Positions 9,747 to 19,831 are shown, numbered from the stretch's first letter. The stretch is 64,000 nt of DNA from an uncultured Bacteroidales bacterium (GCA_947305645.1 CAMZEC010000001.1:44880-108879); one strand, 5' to 3'. Notes: a model not told the origin generated them from the sequence alone. Numbers and translations are program-made.

Positions 9747-10933
9747 ATGATGTCGAGTGATTTGAAAATCTTGGTAAGTTTCTCAACGGCCTCGTCTACC
9801 TGCTCGATGCTGTGGGTAGCCATGAGGGCGAAGCGGATAAGCACATCCTTCTCGGGCACTGCAGGCGCGATGACGGGGGTGATGAACACGCCCTGCTCGT
9901 ATGCCAGCTTGACTATTGTCATGGCCTTGAAGGTGTCGCGCACGAAGAGGGGGATGATAGGGGACTGGGTGTGGCCGGTGTCGAAGCCGTTGGCCTTGAA
10001 GGCCTCCTGCGCGTGGCGGGTGACCTCCCAGAGGTGCTCGCGGCGCTCCGGTTCCTCGATCATGATGTCCAGGGCCTTGCTTGCGGCGGCCACTGCTGCC
10101 GGAGTCATGGAGGCGCTGAATATGAGGGTGCGGGAATTGTGCTTGAGGTAATTGATGACGGTCTTGTTACCGGCGATGAAGCCGCCCAGCGAACCGAAGC
10201 TCTTGGAGAAGGTGCCCATGATGAGGTCTACGTCTTTGGTAAGACCGAAGTGGCTGGCGGTGCCGGAACCGTTCTCGCCCACTACTCCGAGTCCGTGGGC
10301 GTCGTCTATCATGAGGGAGGCATTGTATTTCTTGCAGAGTTCTACAAGCTGGGGAACGGGAGCAAGGTCGCCCTCCATTGAGTAAACGCCGTCAACTACG
10401 ATGAGCTTGTTGGTGTTGCGGGGGGTCAACCAGAGTTTCTTCTCCAGGTCCGACATGTCGTTGTGGCGGAATTTGCGCACCTCGCTGAAGCCCAGGCGGC
10501 TGCCGTCGATGATGCAGGCATGGTCGAGGGCGTCGAGGAATACGAATCCGCCGCGGAATGCCAGGCAGCCCACGACTCCCAGGTTCACCTGGAATCCGGT
10601 GCTGTAGGTTACGGCCTCCTCCTTGCCGACGAACTTGGCAAGCTTGGCTTCGAGTTCTTCATGTATATCGAGCGTTCCGTTGAGGAAACGGCTTCCGGAG
10701 CAACTGGTTCCGTATTTCTTTACGGCTGCGATGGCGGCTTCCTTGAGCCTCGGGTCGTCCGAAAGGCCCAGATATGAGTTGGAGCCGAACATAAGCACCT
10801 TTGTGCCGTCGGCCATGGTTACCAATGGATCCTGACCGGAGGAGATAGGGCGGTAGTAGGGATAAATGCCCTTGGCTTTAACTTCCTCTGCAAGAGTGTA
10901 CTTGGCGCAGGTTTTAGTCAACAGATTTTCCAT
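9743..10933 (-). CDS. spt: Serine palmitoyltransferase (alpha-oxoamine synthase family)
   Basis: Real start ATG 10933 (MENLLTK). YPYYRPI, VLMFGSNSYLGL, GSRFLNGT, DDAHG and the PLP-lysine motif GTFSKS. Confidence 0.85.
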   Translation of the reverse strand: MENLLTKTCAKYTLAEEVKAKGIYPYYRPISSGQDPLVTMADGTKVLMFGSNSYLGLSDDPRLKEAAIAAVKKYGTSCSGSRFLNGTLDIHEELEAKLAKFVGKEEAVTYSTGFQVNLGVVGCLAFRGGFVFLDALDHACIIDGSRLGFSEVRKFRHNDMSDLEKKLWLTPRNTNKLIVVDGVYSMEGDLAPVPQLVELCKKYNASLMIDDAHGLGVVGENGSGTASHFGLTKDVDLIMGTFSKSFGSLGGFIAGNKTVINYLKHNSRTLIFSASMTPAAVAAASKALDIMIEEPERREHLWEVTRHAQEAFKANGFDTGHTQSPIIPLFVRDTFKAMTIVKLAYEQGVFITPVIAPAVPEKDVLIRFALMATHSIEQVDEAVEKLTKIFKSLDII

Positions 10934-10966
10934 CTTTATAAAAAAGGTATAAATACTTTTAACCCA

Positions 10967-11003
10967 CAAATATAGATATTTTTCTTTAAGTTCACTATCT
11001 TTG
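10967..11003. promoter_or_regulatory. Divergent Bacteroidetes sigmaA -7 elements
   Basis: TATATTTG on minus (10967-10974, spt) and TATCTTTG on plus (10996-11003). Confidence 0.65.
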
Positions 11004-11008
11004 GGGCT

Positions 11009-12283
11009 ATGGACAATGCGCATATAATAGAACTCATCAAGAAGGAAGTTGTGCCCGCGGTAGGTTGTACCGAGCCGGCAGCCGTCGCTCTTTGCGTAGC
11101 TTACGCCTGTGAAGCACTGGGCTCTGTTCCCGAAAAAATAGACGTTAAACTTAGCGCAAACGTGCTCAAGAACGCCATGGGCGTGGGAATTCCCGGCACC
11201 GGCATGTCCGGTTTGCCCATCGCCATCGCCCTCGGCGCCCTGATCGGCAAGAGCAGCTATCAGCTGGAGGTCTTCAAGGACTGCAACCTGGAGGCGCTGG
11301 CGGCGGCCAAGAAGTATATAGCTGAGGGGCGCATTTCCATAGGCCTCACCGCCGACAGCGACGAGATGCTCTACATCGACGTCCGCTGCAACGGAAGCGA
11401 GTCGCGCGCCATAATCGCCCGGGAGCATACGGGCCTGGTGTATCAGGAAGGCCCCTGCGTGCCTCTGGTCGACCGCCGTGCGTCGCTCGGAGCGGAAGAG
11501 CAGGAAGAGGCGTCGGAAGAGCTCACCCTGCGGCAGGTGTTCGATTTTGCCACCACCGTCCCGCTGGCCGACATAGAATTCATCAACGAGTCCCGCCGCC
11601 TCAACGAAGCGGCTTCCGAAGCGGCTCTGGAGGGGAATTACGGTCACGAGCTCGGCAAGACGCTCACACGCCCCATGGGCAAGGGAATCTTCGGCGACAC
11701 CATCTTCAGTCACATCCTGAGCGCCACCTCCAATGCCTGCGACGCCCGTATGGCCGGTGCCATGATTCCCGTCATGAGTAACTCCGGCAGCGGCAACCAG
11801 GGCATAGCGGCCACACTTCCCGTGGTAGTCTTCGCACGCGAGAACCACAACACCGAAGAAGAGCTCACCAGGGCCCTGGTGCTCAGTCATTTGACTGCAA
11901 TATACATCAAACAGAGCCTCGGTCGCCTGAGCGCCCTGTGCGGCTGCGTGGTGGCATCGACCGGCAGCAGCTGCGGCCTCACCTACCTTATGGGCGGCGG
12001 TTACGAGCAGGTAGCGGCAAGCGTGAAGAACATGATAGCCAACCTGGCCGGAATGGTGTGCGACGGTGCCAAGCCGAGCTGCGCGCTCAAGGTGTCCAGC
12101 GGCGTCTCCACGGCCGTTCTGAGCGCCATGCTGGCAGTCCAGAACCATTCGGTATCCTCTTACGAGGGCCTTATAGAAGATGACGTGGACCGTTGTATCC
12201 ACAATATGACCCGCCTGGGATCCATGGGTATGAGGGAAACGGACAAGATGGTTCTGGATATAATGACACATAAAAAATCCTGA
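11009..12283 (+). CDS. L-cysteine desulfidase / serine dehydratase alpha-like (UPF0597/YhaM family)
   Basis: PAVGCTEP, KNAMGVGIPGTG, DARMAG...VMSNSGSGNQG, LSALCGC, CDGAKPSCALK. Confidence 0.85.
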   Translation: MDNAHIIELIKKEVVPAVGCTEPAAVALCVAYACEALGSVPEKIDVKLSANVLKNAMGVGIPGTGMSGLPIAIALGALIGKSSYQLEVFKDCNLEALAAAKKYIAEGRISIGLTADSDEMLYIDVRCNGSESRAIIAREHTGLVYQEGPCVPLVDRRASLGAEEQEEASEELTLRQVFDFATTVPLADIEFINESRRLNEAASEAALEGNYGHELGKTLTRPMGKGIFGDTIFSHILSATSNACDARMAGAMIPVMSNSGSGNQGIAATLPVVVFARENHNTEEELTRALVLSHLTAIYIKQSLGRLSALCGCVVASTGSSCGLTYLMGGGYEQVAASVKNMIANLAGMVCDGAKPSCALKVSSGVSTAVLSAMLAVQNHSVSSYEGLIEDDVDRCIHNMTRLGSMGMRETDKMVLDIMTHKKS

Positions 12284-12288
12284 AAAAA

Positions 12289-12319
12289 TTTGCGGATTCA
12301 ATTTTTGTCCTTATATTTG
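12289..12319 (+). promoter_or_regulatory. sigmaA promoter for tRNA-Gly
   Basis: TTTG (12289-12292), 19-nt spacer, TATATTTG (12312-12319). Confidence 0.75.
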
Positions 12320-12407
12320 CAGTCCCAATTGCGGAGTTTTCGTGCAAGCCGAGCGAAAAACTAGTTTTTCCGAGGCGCCGCCGAAAAAACCGACAAAACG
12401 AAGTTTT

Positions 12408-12480
12408 GCGGAAATAGCTCAGTTGGTAGAGCGCAACCTTGCCAAGGTTGAGGTCGCGGGTCCGAATCCCGTTTTCCGCT
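12408..12480 (+). tRNA. tRNA-Gly(GCC)
   Basis: GCGGAAA/TTTCCGC acceptor stem, AGCTCAGTTGGTAGAGC D arm, AACCTTGCCAAGGTT anticodon arm; CCA not encoded. Confidence 0.95.
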
Positions 12481-12489
12481 CAACATTTG

Positions 12490-12529
12490 AAAAGTGGCTG
12501 CCGTTGAAGCAGTCACTTTTTTGTTTTTT
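12490..12529 (+). terminator. Intrinsic terminator after tRNA
   Basis: AAAAGTGGCTGC/GCAGTCACTTTT stem plus T-tract. Confidence 0.75.
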
Positions 12530-12991
12530 ATGAAACTGATAACCAGAGCTTTGACTGTCGTGGCCGCCTGCATGTTTATGGCGGCTTGCGATGATATTAC
12601 GTCCGGAATCGTAGTAGAGATAGAGAAGGTTCCCGAGACTACGGAGGAAGAAGATACCGATCCGCTTGCCTCGCAATCTGCGTACGGTATTTATCAGGGG
12701 GACGACACCAGGACATATGTTGCCGGCAAAGATCAGTATTGCCGCAAGTATTCCGCTTCCGGGGTGCAGACGTTTGCAATAGTCAATCCGGAAACGAAGG
12801 AGCAGCTTGAGATTACCGGATACAAAAAAGAGTACGCGAAGGGGGATGAGTTTACGGTAAACGTGAACTGGCGTGAGGGGAAGAAACAGATTTTCCTGGA
12901 GCAGTCATACACGGTTTCGGTTGTCAAGGAAAATGGCTCCAAGGTGTGGCTCGGAGACGGCTCCGGCAACGGTTTTGTCATTAAAAAGTAA
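12530..12991 (+). CDS. Hypothetical lipoprotein
   Basis: ATG 12530, lipobox MAAC followed by acidic residues. Confidence 0.7.
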   Translation: MKLITRALTVVAACMFMAACDDITSGIVVEIEKVPETTEEEDTDPLASQSAYGIYQGDDTRTYVAGKDQYCRKYSASGVQTFAIVNPETKEQLEITGYKKEYAKGDEFTVNVNWREGKKQIFLEQSYTVSVVKENGSKVWLGDGSGNGFVIKK

Positions 12992-12997
12992 GGCGCA

Positions 12998-14803
12998 ATG
13001 AAGAAGATTCTTACACTTTTTGCTGCCTTGCTGATTTGTCTGCCTGCGCTTTCCAGACCGGCATTCCCCGGTATCATAAAGGCTGTCCAGCCAGACGGCT
13101 CGATCATCTTACTTCGTATTCACGGCGATGAATTCTGCCATTGGAGGACCAATACCGACGGTCAGGTTGTTGAAAAAGACGCCGACGGATACTGGCGTCC
13201 GGTTAATGATACCGAAGCCCTCAAGGCGCGCCGTGCCTCCGCCGCCTCCATGCGCAGTGCGCAAATGCGAAATATCAGGTCAAGCAGGAATATCCCCTTG
13301 GGAGAGAAGCATTACCTTGTAATTCTGGTTGAGTTCTCCGACGTCAAATTCTCGGGTGAAACGCCGAACCGGGATTTCTATGATATGATGAACAAGGCCG
13401 GTTATGATTATAACGATGCTACGGGGTCGACCCGGGATTATTTTTATGAGAATTCCCACGGCAAGTTCGAACCGGTTTTCGACGTTTATGGTCCGGTAAC
13501 CCTGACTCATAAGGAGTCTTATTACGGAAAAAACGTCAACGATTTCGACCAATACCCACATCTGGCCGTGAAGGAAGGTTGCCAGGCCCTGGATGACCAG
13601 ATCGACTTTTCTCTGTACGATCACGACAACGACGGATACGTGGATCTTGTATTCATGTATTACGCAGGCTACAGCGAGGCGGAGGGCGCAGATCCTAATA
13701 CCCTCTGGCCGCATCAGTGGGACCTGACGTCGGCGGGGACGTCACTTACCTGCGACGGAAAGAGGATATCCCTATATGTCTGCTCCAACGAATTGGAAGG
13801 GGACGGCTCAACTGTTGGCAAGAGAGCCGGAATAGGAGCGGCTTGTCACGAATTCAGCCATGCCATGGGCCTTCCGGACTTTTACGATACCGACTATGAG
13901 AGCAACGGCGAGGCCGCAGGCATGCAGTACTACTCCCTGATGGCCAGCGGCTCCTATAACAACAAGTCCAGAACGCCCCCGTATTTTACCATCGAGGAGC
14001 GCATTTTACTCGGATGGCTCGACGAAAATGCTCTTCAGGAGTTTTCCCGTTCCGGCAGTGTTGTGCTTACCTCGGTAGACGACGACATGGCATACAGGAC
14101 CCAGACAGACACTGACGGCGAGTATTTCGTTTACGAATGCCGCGGGGACAAACGCTGGGACGCACATGTTCCGGCTCCCGGACTGATTGTCACGCATGTA
14201 GACAAGTCGTCGCGGATAATAGACGTTACCACCGCCCTGGGCGCGTCCGGGCGATACTCGGCAAAGTATTTATGGGATACTTGCACATATACAAACTGTC
14301 TGAACGAGAACGGTTCTCACCCATGTTGTTATGTGGTTCCTTCCGCGGACCAGTCCAACCTGCTCTACGGTTTCAAGTATTATCAAGGATACGGGTATTA
14401 TTTCGATTTCAGCAACGCTCCCTATATCCCGTTCCCCGGCAAGTCCGGCATAACGTCTTACGCTGCCGAGAGCTGGAACGGCGTGGTTTCCGAGATTACG
14501 CTTTCCGACATAGCATATGCCGACAATAAGGTAAGCTTTAACGTGCTTGTACCTTCAGAAGGCCTGGACTACAGCGTGATAGACAATCCCTGCAACGGCG
14601 TCTACGCCGCCGGCGACATGTTCGAATTCAAACTTGTCGAATCCAAGGTCGACGCCGTCTCTTCCGTCTCCTGGTACTACGACGACGAGCCGGTCTCCGG
14701 ACCTTCCGTCAAGCTCCTTTCCGGTCCCCACACCGTCGAGGCGTCGCTCACCCTTGCTTCCGGCGAAACGCAGATAGTCACCCTGGAGATCACGGTGGAA
14801 TAA
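12998..14803 (+). CDS. M6 family (immune inhibitor A-like) metalloprotease
   Basis: Signal peptide, QPDG...GDE propeptide, LVILVEFSD, HEFSHAMGLPDFYD, SLMASGSY. Confidence 0.9.
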   Translation: MKKILTLFAALLICLPALSRPAFPGIIKAVQPDGSIILLRIHGDEFCHWRTNTDGQVVEKDADGYWRPVNDTEALKARRASAASMRSAQMRNIRSSRNIPLGEKHYLVILVEFSDVKFSGETPNRDFYDMMNKAGYDYNDATGSTRDYFYENSHGKFEPVFDVYGPVTLTHKESYYGKNVNDFDQYPHLAVKEGCQALDDQIDFSLYDHDNDGYVDLVFMYYAGYSEAEGADPNTLWPHQWDLTSAGTSLTCDGKRISLYVCSNELEGDGSTVGKRAGIGAACHEFSHAMGLPDFYDTDYESNGEAAGMQYYSLMASGSYNNKSRTPPYFTIEERILLGWLDENALQEFSRSGSVVLTSVDDDMAYRTQTDTDGEYFVYECRGDKRWDAHVPAPGLIVTHVDKSSRIIDVTTALGASGRYSAKYLWDTCTYTNCLNENGSHPCCYVVPSADQSNLLYGFKYYQGYGYYFDFSNAPYIPFPGKSGITSYAAESWNGVVSEITLSDIAYADNKVSFNVLVPSEGLDYSVIDNPCNGVYAAGDMFEFKLVESKVDAVSSVSWYYDDEPVSGPSVKLLSGPHTVEASLTLASGETQIVTLEITVE

Positions 14804-14812
14804 TCCCCTCCG

Positions 14813-14916
14813 CTGTCGTCCGTCTGCTTTTTCATGGGCGGACGAGCAGCAAAAAAGGCCAAAAATGACATCGGTCGTCCCTTCAAAAGGACGACCGACG
14901 ACGTTAAGTGCTATTT
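14813..14916 (+). repeat. REP-like double hairpin, family B copy 1
   Basis: Stems TCGTCCGTC/GGCGGACGA and TCGGTCGTCC/GGACGACCGA; 102/104 identical to the inverted copy at 19832-19935. Confidence 0.9.
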
Positions 14917-15766
14917 ACAAGCTGTTCAGCATTTCTGTGACTTCTGAATACGAATAGCCTGATACCCTGCTTATTTGATGGACATCTGCATTAAAACGCC
15001 AGCGCAATTGCTTGATAATAACGGCTTGTTCTTCTTTTGACATATCTTCCGGACGTTTCTTTCCAAGAGATACCTGCATGTCTTTCAATGCTTCCTGCAT
15101 TATCTGGTCTCTAAACGAGACCCCGTCTTGGGACAGGGCTTTCTTTGCTTTAGAGGAAGAGTTAAGGAAATAGTTCATACGCGAAGGTGTCTTAAAGATT
15201 CTCTCAACTAAATCAATACGCACATAAGAATCCGGCAAAATATACCCTCCACTACCAACTCTCCAGTTTTGGGGAAGCTTCTCATTACTTTTAAGAAGGC
15301 GTATCTGTTCTCGCCTTGATAATTTCGCCAAAGGTGTTCCGGCCTCTTTGTTTTCGTTAAAGAAACATGCTCCGCTACCCCATTTGTAAAAACCGGGCGA
15401 AAGGCATATTCTTGCAGCAACGCTGTTCATGATTATGTAAGCCACAACTCTCTCAATGGCTTCATCCACAAGCTTTATTTCCTGAATATCAACACTGTTT
15501 CTCCTTAAGAACCGATTAACATTGTACCTGTTGCGAAAGTAAGTTCCGTACAGTTTCTTATACAGAATAATAAAGCGGCTTGCTTCGTCTTCCTCGCACA
15601 ACAAAAGGAAGTGGACATGGTTGGACATCAAAATAAAGCTGATAACAGATATACCCAGCTTAGCCGCCACAACGGCTACGTAATTCATTCCAACCCTGAA
15701 ATCTTCATCATCTCGAAACCAGATTCGCGTCTCAAGATGATCTGTAGTGATAAAGTAGAATTTCAT
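14915..15766 (-). mobile_element. REP-associated tyrosine (Y1 HUH) transposase, RAYT-like
   Basis: YFITT, F.DDEDF, FILMSNHVHFLL (HUH), YI..N.V.A and Y.WGS motifs; AT-rich; flanked by family B repeats. Confidence 0.85.
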
Positions 15767-15824
15767 AATTTAACAGTTTACGGTTTCGGCAAACTTAATA
15801 AAAAACTCGTGAATAAAAAAGCCC

Positions 15825-15918
15825 CTGTCGTCCGTCTGCTTTTTTATGGGCGGACGAACCGCAAAAAAGCCAAAAAATGACGTCGGTCGTCCCACCAAAA
15901 GGACGACCGACGACGTTA
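15825..15918 (+). repeat. REP-like double hairpin, family B copy 2
   Basis: 94-nt direct repeat of 14813-14906 with about 8 differences, nearly all in loops/linker. Confidence 0.9.
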
Positions 15919-15954
15919 GATCGTTTGAATCAATTTTTCACTATATTTGTAAAC

Positions 15955-17682
15955 ATGAAACGTTTACTCCTGATTCTGGCATCGGCCGCGGCGGCGATGC
16001 TGCTCTCTCCCAAGGCCTCCGCCTGCACCAACGTGATTATCTCCAAGGGCGCCAGCACCGATGGCTCCTGCATGGTTTCCTATGCTGCCGACTCCCACTG
16101 GCTCTTCGGCGAGCTGTATTTCCGACCGGCTGCCAAGTGGGCCAGGGGCTCACGCCTCGCCATCCGCGAATGGGATTCCAACAAGCCCCTCGGCGACATC
16201 GCACAGGTGGAGCGTACCTTCCAGACGGTCGGCAACATGAACCAGCATCAGCTGATCATTGGCGAGACCACCTGGGGCGGCCGCGAGGAGCAGGTCGATA
16301 CCGCCGGAATCATGGACTACGGTTCCCTGATCTACATCACCCTGCAGAGGGCCCGCACCGCCCGTGAGGCCATAGAGACCATAGTCGCCCTGGCCAACGA
16401 GTACGGCTATCCCTCCGAAGGGGAGACCTTCAGCATTGCCGATACGGAAGAGGCGTGGGTAATGGATCTCGTGGGCAAAGGCTCCGACGGCAACAAGGGC
16501 ATCGTCTGGGTGGCCCGCCGCATCCCCGACGGATACATTTGCGCCCATGCCAACCAGGCCCGCATCACCCGCTTCCCCTGGAACGACCCGGAGAACTGCC
16601 TCTACGCCCCAGACGTTGCCGAGTACGCCCGCCAGATGGGCTGGTACGAGGGCTCCGACGAGGACTTCAGCTTCCGCGACGCCTACAATCCGCTCGACTT
16701 CGGTGGCGCCCGCGGCTGTGACGCACGTGCCTGGGCCGCCTTCAACATCCTCTGCGACGGCCAGTTTACATATATGGACGGCGATACCGAGGTCACCCGT
16801 CCCGCCAGCGACTGGCTGCAGTACGCCATGGGTTACGACCTCGGCGGCGAGATGCCCCTCTTCGTGAAGCCGTCACGCAAAATAGGCGTGAAGGATGTGG
16901 CCGACGTCATGCGCGACCATTATGAAGGCACGCCCATGGATATGCGTGTCGACATAGGTGCCGGCGGCAATGCCTGCCCCTACCGCTGGAGGCCCATGGG
17001 ATTCCAGGTAGACGGCAAGCGCTACGTGAACGAACGCGCCATCGCCACCCAGCAGACGGGCTTCTGGTTCGTGGCCCAGGCCCGCGGCTGGCTGCCCGAC
17101 GTGGTTGGCGCCCTGATATGGTTCGGCTGCGACGATGCCGCCACCTCCTACCTCACGCCCGTCTATGCCAATACGAAAGAGATTCCTGAATGCCTGCGCG
17201 AGGGCAACGGCGACCTGCTGCACTACAGCCCCACATCGCAGTTCTGGATTAACAACCGCGTCACCAACTCCTGCTACCGCATGTACGACGCCATGGAACC
17301 GTATGTGCGTGCAGAGATTGACGCCTTCGAGAACCGTATGATAGGCGAGGCCGTGCCCAACATGGACGCCCGCCTGGTCAAAATATACAACGGCAACGGA
17401 CGTAAGCCCGGACGCAAATGGGCCGTCCGCAGGGCCGTCAAGCAGCTCACCAGATTCTCCGTGAACACCGCACAGGAGCAGTTCGGCAAGTGGGCCGCCC
17501 TGGAGGAAACCCTTATGGTCAAGTTCATCGACGGCAATGTGAAGGCCCAGGATGCCGACGGCAAATTCCTGCACTCAAAGTACTCCGAGGGCATTCCCGA
17601 CGGCCTCCAGTTCCACGGCTACAACGACCGCTGGAAGGCCGCCGTCGCCCGCGACCACGGTGAGATTCTCCAAAGCAAGTAA
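15955..17682 (+). CDS. C69 family dipeptidase
   Basis: Signal peptide then the Ntn nucleophile ACTN; NMNQHQL.IGETT, LQRARTAREAI; TATATTTG promoter at 15942. Confidence 0.9.
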   Translation: MKRLLLILASAAAAMLLSPKASACTNVIISKGASTDGSCMVSYAADSHWLFGELYFRPAAKWARGSRLAIREWDSNKPLGDIAQVERTFQTVGNMNQHQLIIGETTWGGREEQVDTAGIMDYGSLIYITLQRARTAREAIETIVALANEYGYPSEGETFSIADTEEAWVMDLVGKGSDGNKGIVWVARRIPDGYICAHANQARITRFPWNDPENCLYAPDVAEYARQMGWYEGSDEDFSFRDAYNPLDFGGARGCDARAWAAFNILCDGQFTYMDGDTEVTRPASDWLQYAMGYDLGGEMPLFVKPSRKIGVKDVADVMRDHYEGTPMDMRVDIGAGGNACPYRWRPMGFQVDGKRYVNERAIATQQTGFWFVAQARGWLPDVVGALIWFGCDDAATSYLTPVYANTKEIPECLREGNGDLLHYSPTSQFWINNRVTNSCYRMYDAMEPYVRAEIDAFENRMIGEAVPNMDARLVKIYNGNGRKPGRKWAVRRAVKQLTRFSVNTAQEQFGKWAALEETLMVKFIDGNVKAQDADGKFLHSKYSEGIPDGLQFHGYNDRWKAAVARDHGEILQSK

Positions 17683-17701
17683 CTCTAAAAAAAGCAATCA
17701 T

Positions 17702-19123
17702 ATGATTCGTAGAGATTTCCTCAAGTCCATCGGCGTACTTACCGCAGGTGCAGCCATTGGCCTCCCCGCAGCCGGTGCGGAACTGCCCGGCAGCCTTGTC
17801 CTTCCCGATGACGGTCAGGCCGGTTCGCTGAACGACCTCGACCTCGGCCTCCGTTCCCTGAGGCCCCAGGTAAGCCGCCAGGTTACGGTTATCGTGATTG
17901 GCGCCGGAAGCCGCGGCAACGTATATGCCGGTTTCGCCCGCCAGTTCCCCGACGAGGTGAAGGTGGTCGGCGTGTCCGACATCCTCGAGCACCGCTGCCG
18001 CAAGATGTCAGACGCCCACGGAGTGCCGCCGGAGCATCGTTTCGGCGACTGGAGCGAGGTGTTCAAGGTGCCCAAGTTCGCCGACGCGGTGGTCATCTCA
18101 ACCCCCGACGACCTGCACTATGCCCCATGCATGAAGGCCCTCGCAATGGGGTACGACGTACTGCTGGAGAAGCCGGTGGCGCAGACGGAAAAGGAGTGCA
18201 AGGCCATCCTGGCCCAGGCACACAAGTACGACCGCATCGTGGCCGTCTGCCATGTGCTCCGTTACGCCCCTTACTTCATCGCCCTGAGGCAGCTGGTGCG
18301 CAACGGCGCCATCGGTCAGCTCGTGAGCGTGCAGCACATGGAGCCCATCCAGTACGCCCACATGGCCCACTCGTACGTCCGTGGTAACTGGCGCGACTCC
18401 AGGCAGACCACGCCCATCATCCTGGCCAAGTCCTGCCACGACCTGGACATCCTCCGTTGGATCATAGACTCCCCGTGCAAGAGCATCGTAGCCGACGGGT
18501 CCCTGCACCTCTTCAAGCCGGAGAACGCCCCCGATGGCGCGCCCCTCAAGTGTACCGACGGCTGCCCGCACGAGCAGAACTGCCCGTACTCCGCCATCGA
18601 TATCTATACCCGCAAGAAGTGGCACCTCAACGTATTCGACCTCGACGGCAACCGCGACCCGGACTTCATAATGCAGCGCCTGCTCACACCCCCGTACGAC
18701 AGCTACGCCCGCTGCGTTTATCATTGCGACAACGACCAGCCGGACCACTATGTGTCCGAGATGGTGTTCGAGGGAGGCCAGACGGCGAGCTTCTCCATGG
18801 AGGCGTTTGCCCCTGCCGGCGGCCGCAGGACCCGTATCATGGGCACCACAGGATTCATTGACGGAGACGGCTCCCAGTTCACATTGTGGGACTTCCGCAC
18901 GCTCAAGCCTCAGGTCTGGAACCGCAAGGTCAGCGAGATTCCCGAGTACAAGGGCTCAGGCCACGGCGGCGGCGACCACGCCCTTGCCCGCGACTTCATA
19001 GAGGCCGTTGCAGCTCATGACGCGAGCAAGCTCTCCAGCACCATAGACGTGTCCATAGAGAGCCACGTCATGGGCTTCGCAGCCGAGCGTTCCCGCAAGA
19101 GCGGTAAAAAGGAAAAAGTCTAG
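17702..19123 (+). CDS. Gfo/Idh/MocA family oxidoreductase with Tat signal
   Basis: RRDFLK, IGAGSRG, LLEKP, KSCHDLD, GHGGGD. Confidence 0.88.
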   Translation: MIRRDFLKSIGVLTAGAAIGLPAAGAELPGSLVLPDDGQAGSLNDLDLGLRSLRPQVSRQVTVIVIGAGSRGNVYAGFARQFPDEVKVVGVSDILEHRCRKMSDAHGVPPEHRFGDWSEVFKVPKFADAVVISTPDDLHYAPCMKALAMGYDVLLEKPVAQTEKECKAILAQAHKYDRIVAVCHVLRYAPYFIALRQLVRNGAIGQLVSVQHMEPIQYAHMAHSYVRGNWRDSRQTTPIILAKSCHDLDILRWIIDSPCKSIVADGSLHLFKPENAPDGAPLKCTDGCPHEQNCPYSAIDIYTRKKWHLNVFDLDGNRDPDFIMQRLLTPPYDSYARCVYHCDNDQPDHYVSEMVFEGGQTASFSMEAFAPAGGRRTRIMGTTGFIDGDGSQFTLWDFRTLKPQVWNRKVSEIPEYKGSGHGGGDHALARDFIEAVAAHDASKLSSTIDVSIESHVMGFAAERSRKSGKKEKV

Positions 19124-19146
19124 CCAACTAATTAATAATCAACATT

Positions 19147-19821
19147 ATGAAAAAGTATTTTGCAGAATGCATCGGCACTTTCGTGCTGACTCTCCTCGGT
19201 TGCGGAACCGCAATGTTCCTTGGCTGTAACACTCCCGCCGGCGTCGTAGGTACGGCAATTGCTTTCGGTCTCACCGTCATCGCTATGGCCTACACAATCG
19301 GCGGCATCAGCGGTTGCCACATCAACCCCGCCATCACTTTTGCCGTCGCTCTCTCCGGCCGTATGAGCTGGAAAGACGCCGTGGGCTACTGGTGCGGCCA
19401 GATTATCGGCGGTATCGCTGCCGGTGCAGTGCTCCTTCTGCTTGCTAACGTGGTTGCCGCTCCCGATCTCACCGGGGGACTCGGAACCAACGGGGTTGCC
19501 AACGCCGGAGGCCCCTGGGGCGCATTCCTGGTTGAGGTTATCGCCACCTTTATCTTTGTGCTGGTTGTGCTCGGCAGCACCGACGGAAAACTCGGCGCCG
19601 GCAACCTCGCCGGACTTGCGATAGGTCTCACCCTCATCCTGGTTCACCTGGTCTGCATCAACCTAACCGGCACCTCGGTCAACCCCGCCCGTTCCATCGG
19701 CCCCGCCATCTTCGCCGGCGGTCAGGCCCTCAAGGATCTCTGGGTCTTCATTTGCGCACCGCTCGTGGGCGCCGCACTCAGCGCCTGCGTCTGGGCTCCG
19801 CTCGCAGCAAAGAAGAAATAG
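19147..19821 (+). CDS. aqpZ: Aquaporin Z (MIP family)
   Basis: SGCHINPA and TSVNPARS. Confidence 0.9.
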   Translation: MKKYFAECIGTFVLTLLGCGTAMFLGCNTPAGVVGTAIAFGLTVIAMAYTIGGISGCHINPAITFAVALSGRMSWKDAVGYWCGQIIGGIAAGAVLLLLANVVAAPDLTGGLGTNGVANAGGPWGAFLVEVIATFIFVLVVLGSTDGKLGAGNLAGLAIGLTLILVHLVCINLTGTSVNPARSIGPAIFAGGQALKDLWVFICAPLVGAALSACVWAPLAAKKK

Positions 19822-19831
19822 CTTCCGATTG

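Noticed and set aside
10934-12301. 852-aa ORF suggesting an N-terminally fused SPT
   Set aside because: The extension is antisense to the desulfidase gene; spt has its own promoter and an ATG at 10933
12408-15918. Genomic island integrated at tRNA-Gly
   Set aside because: No integrase and no duplicated tRNA 3' end seen
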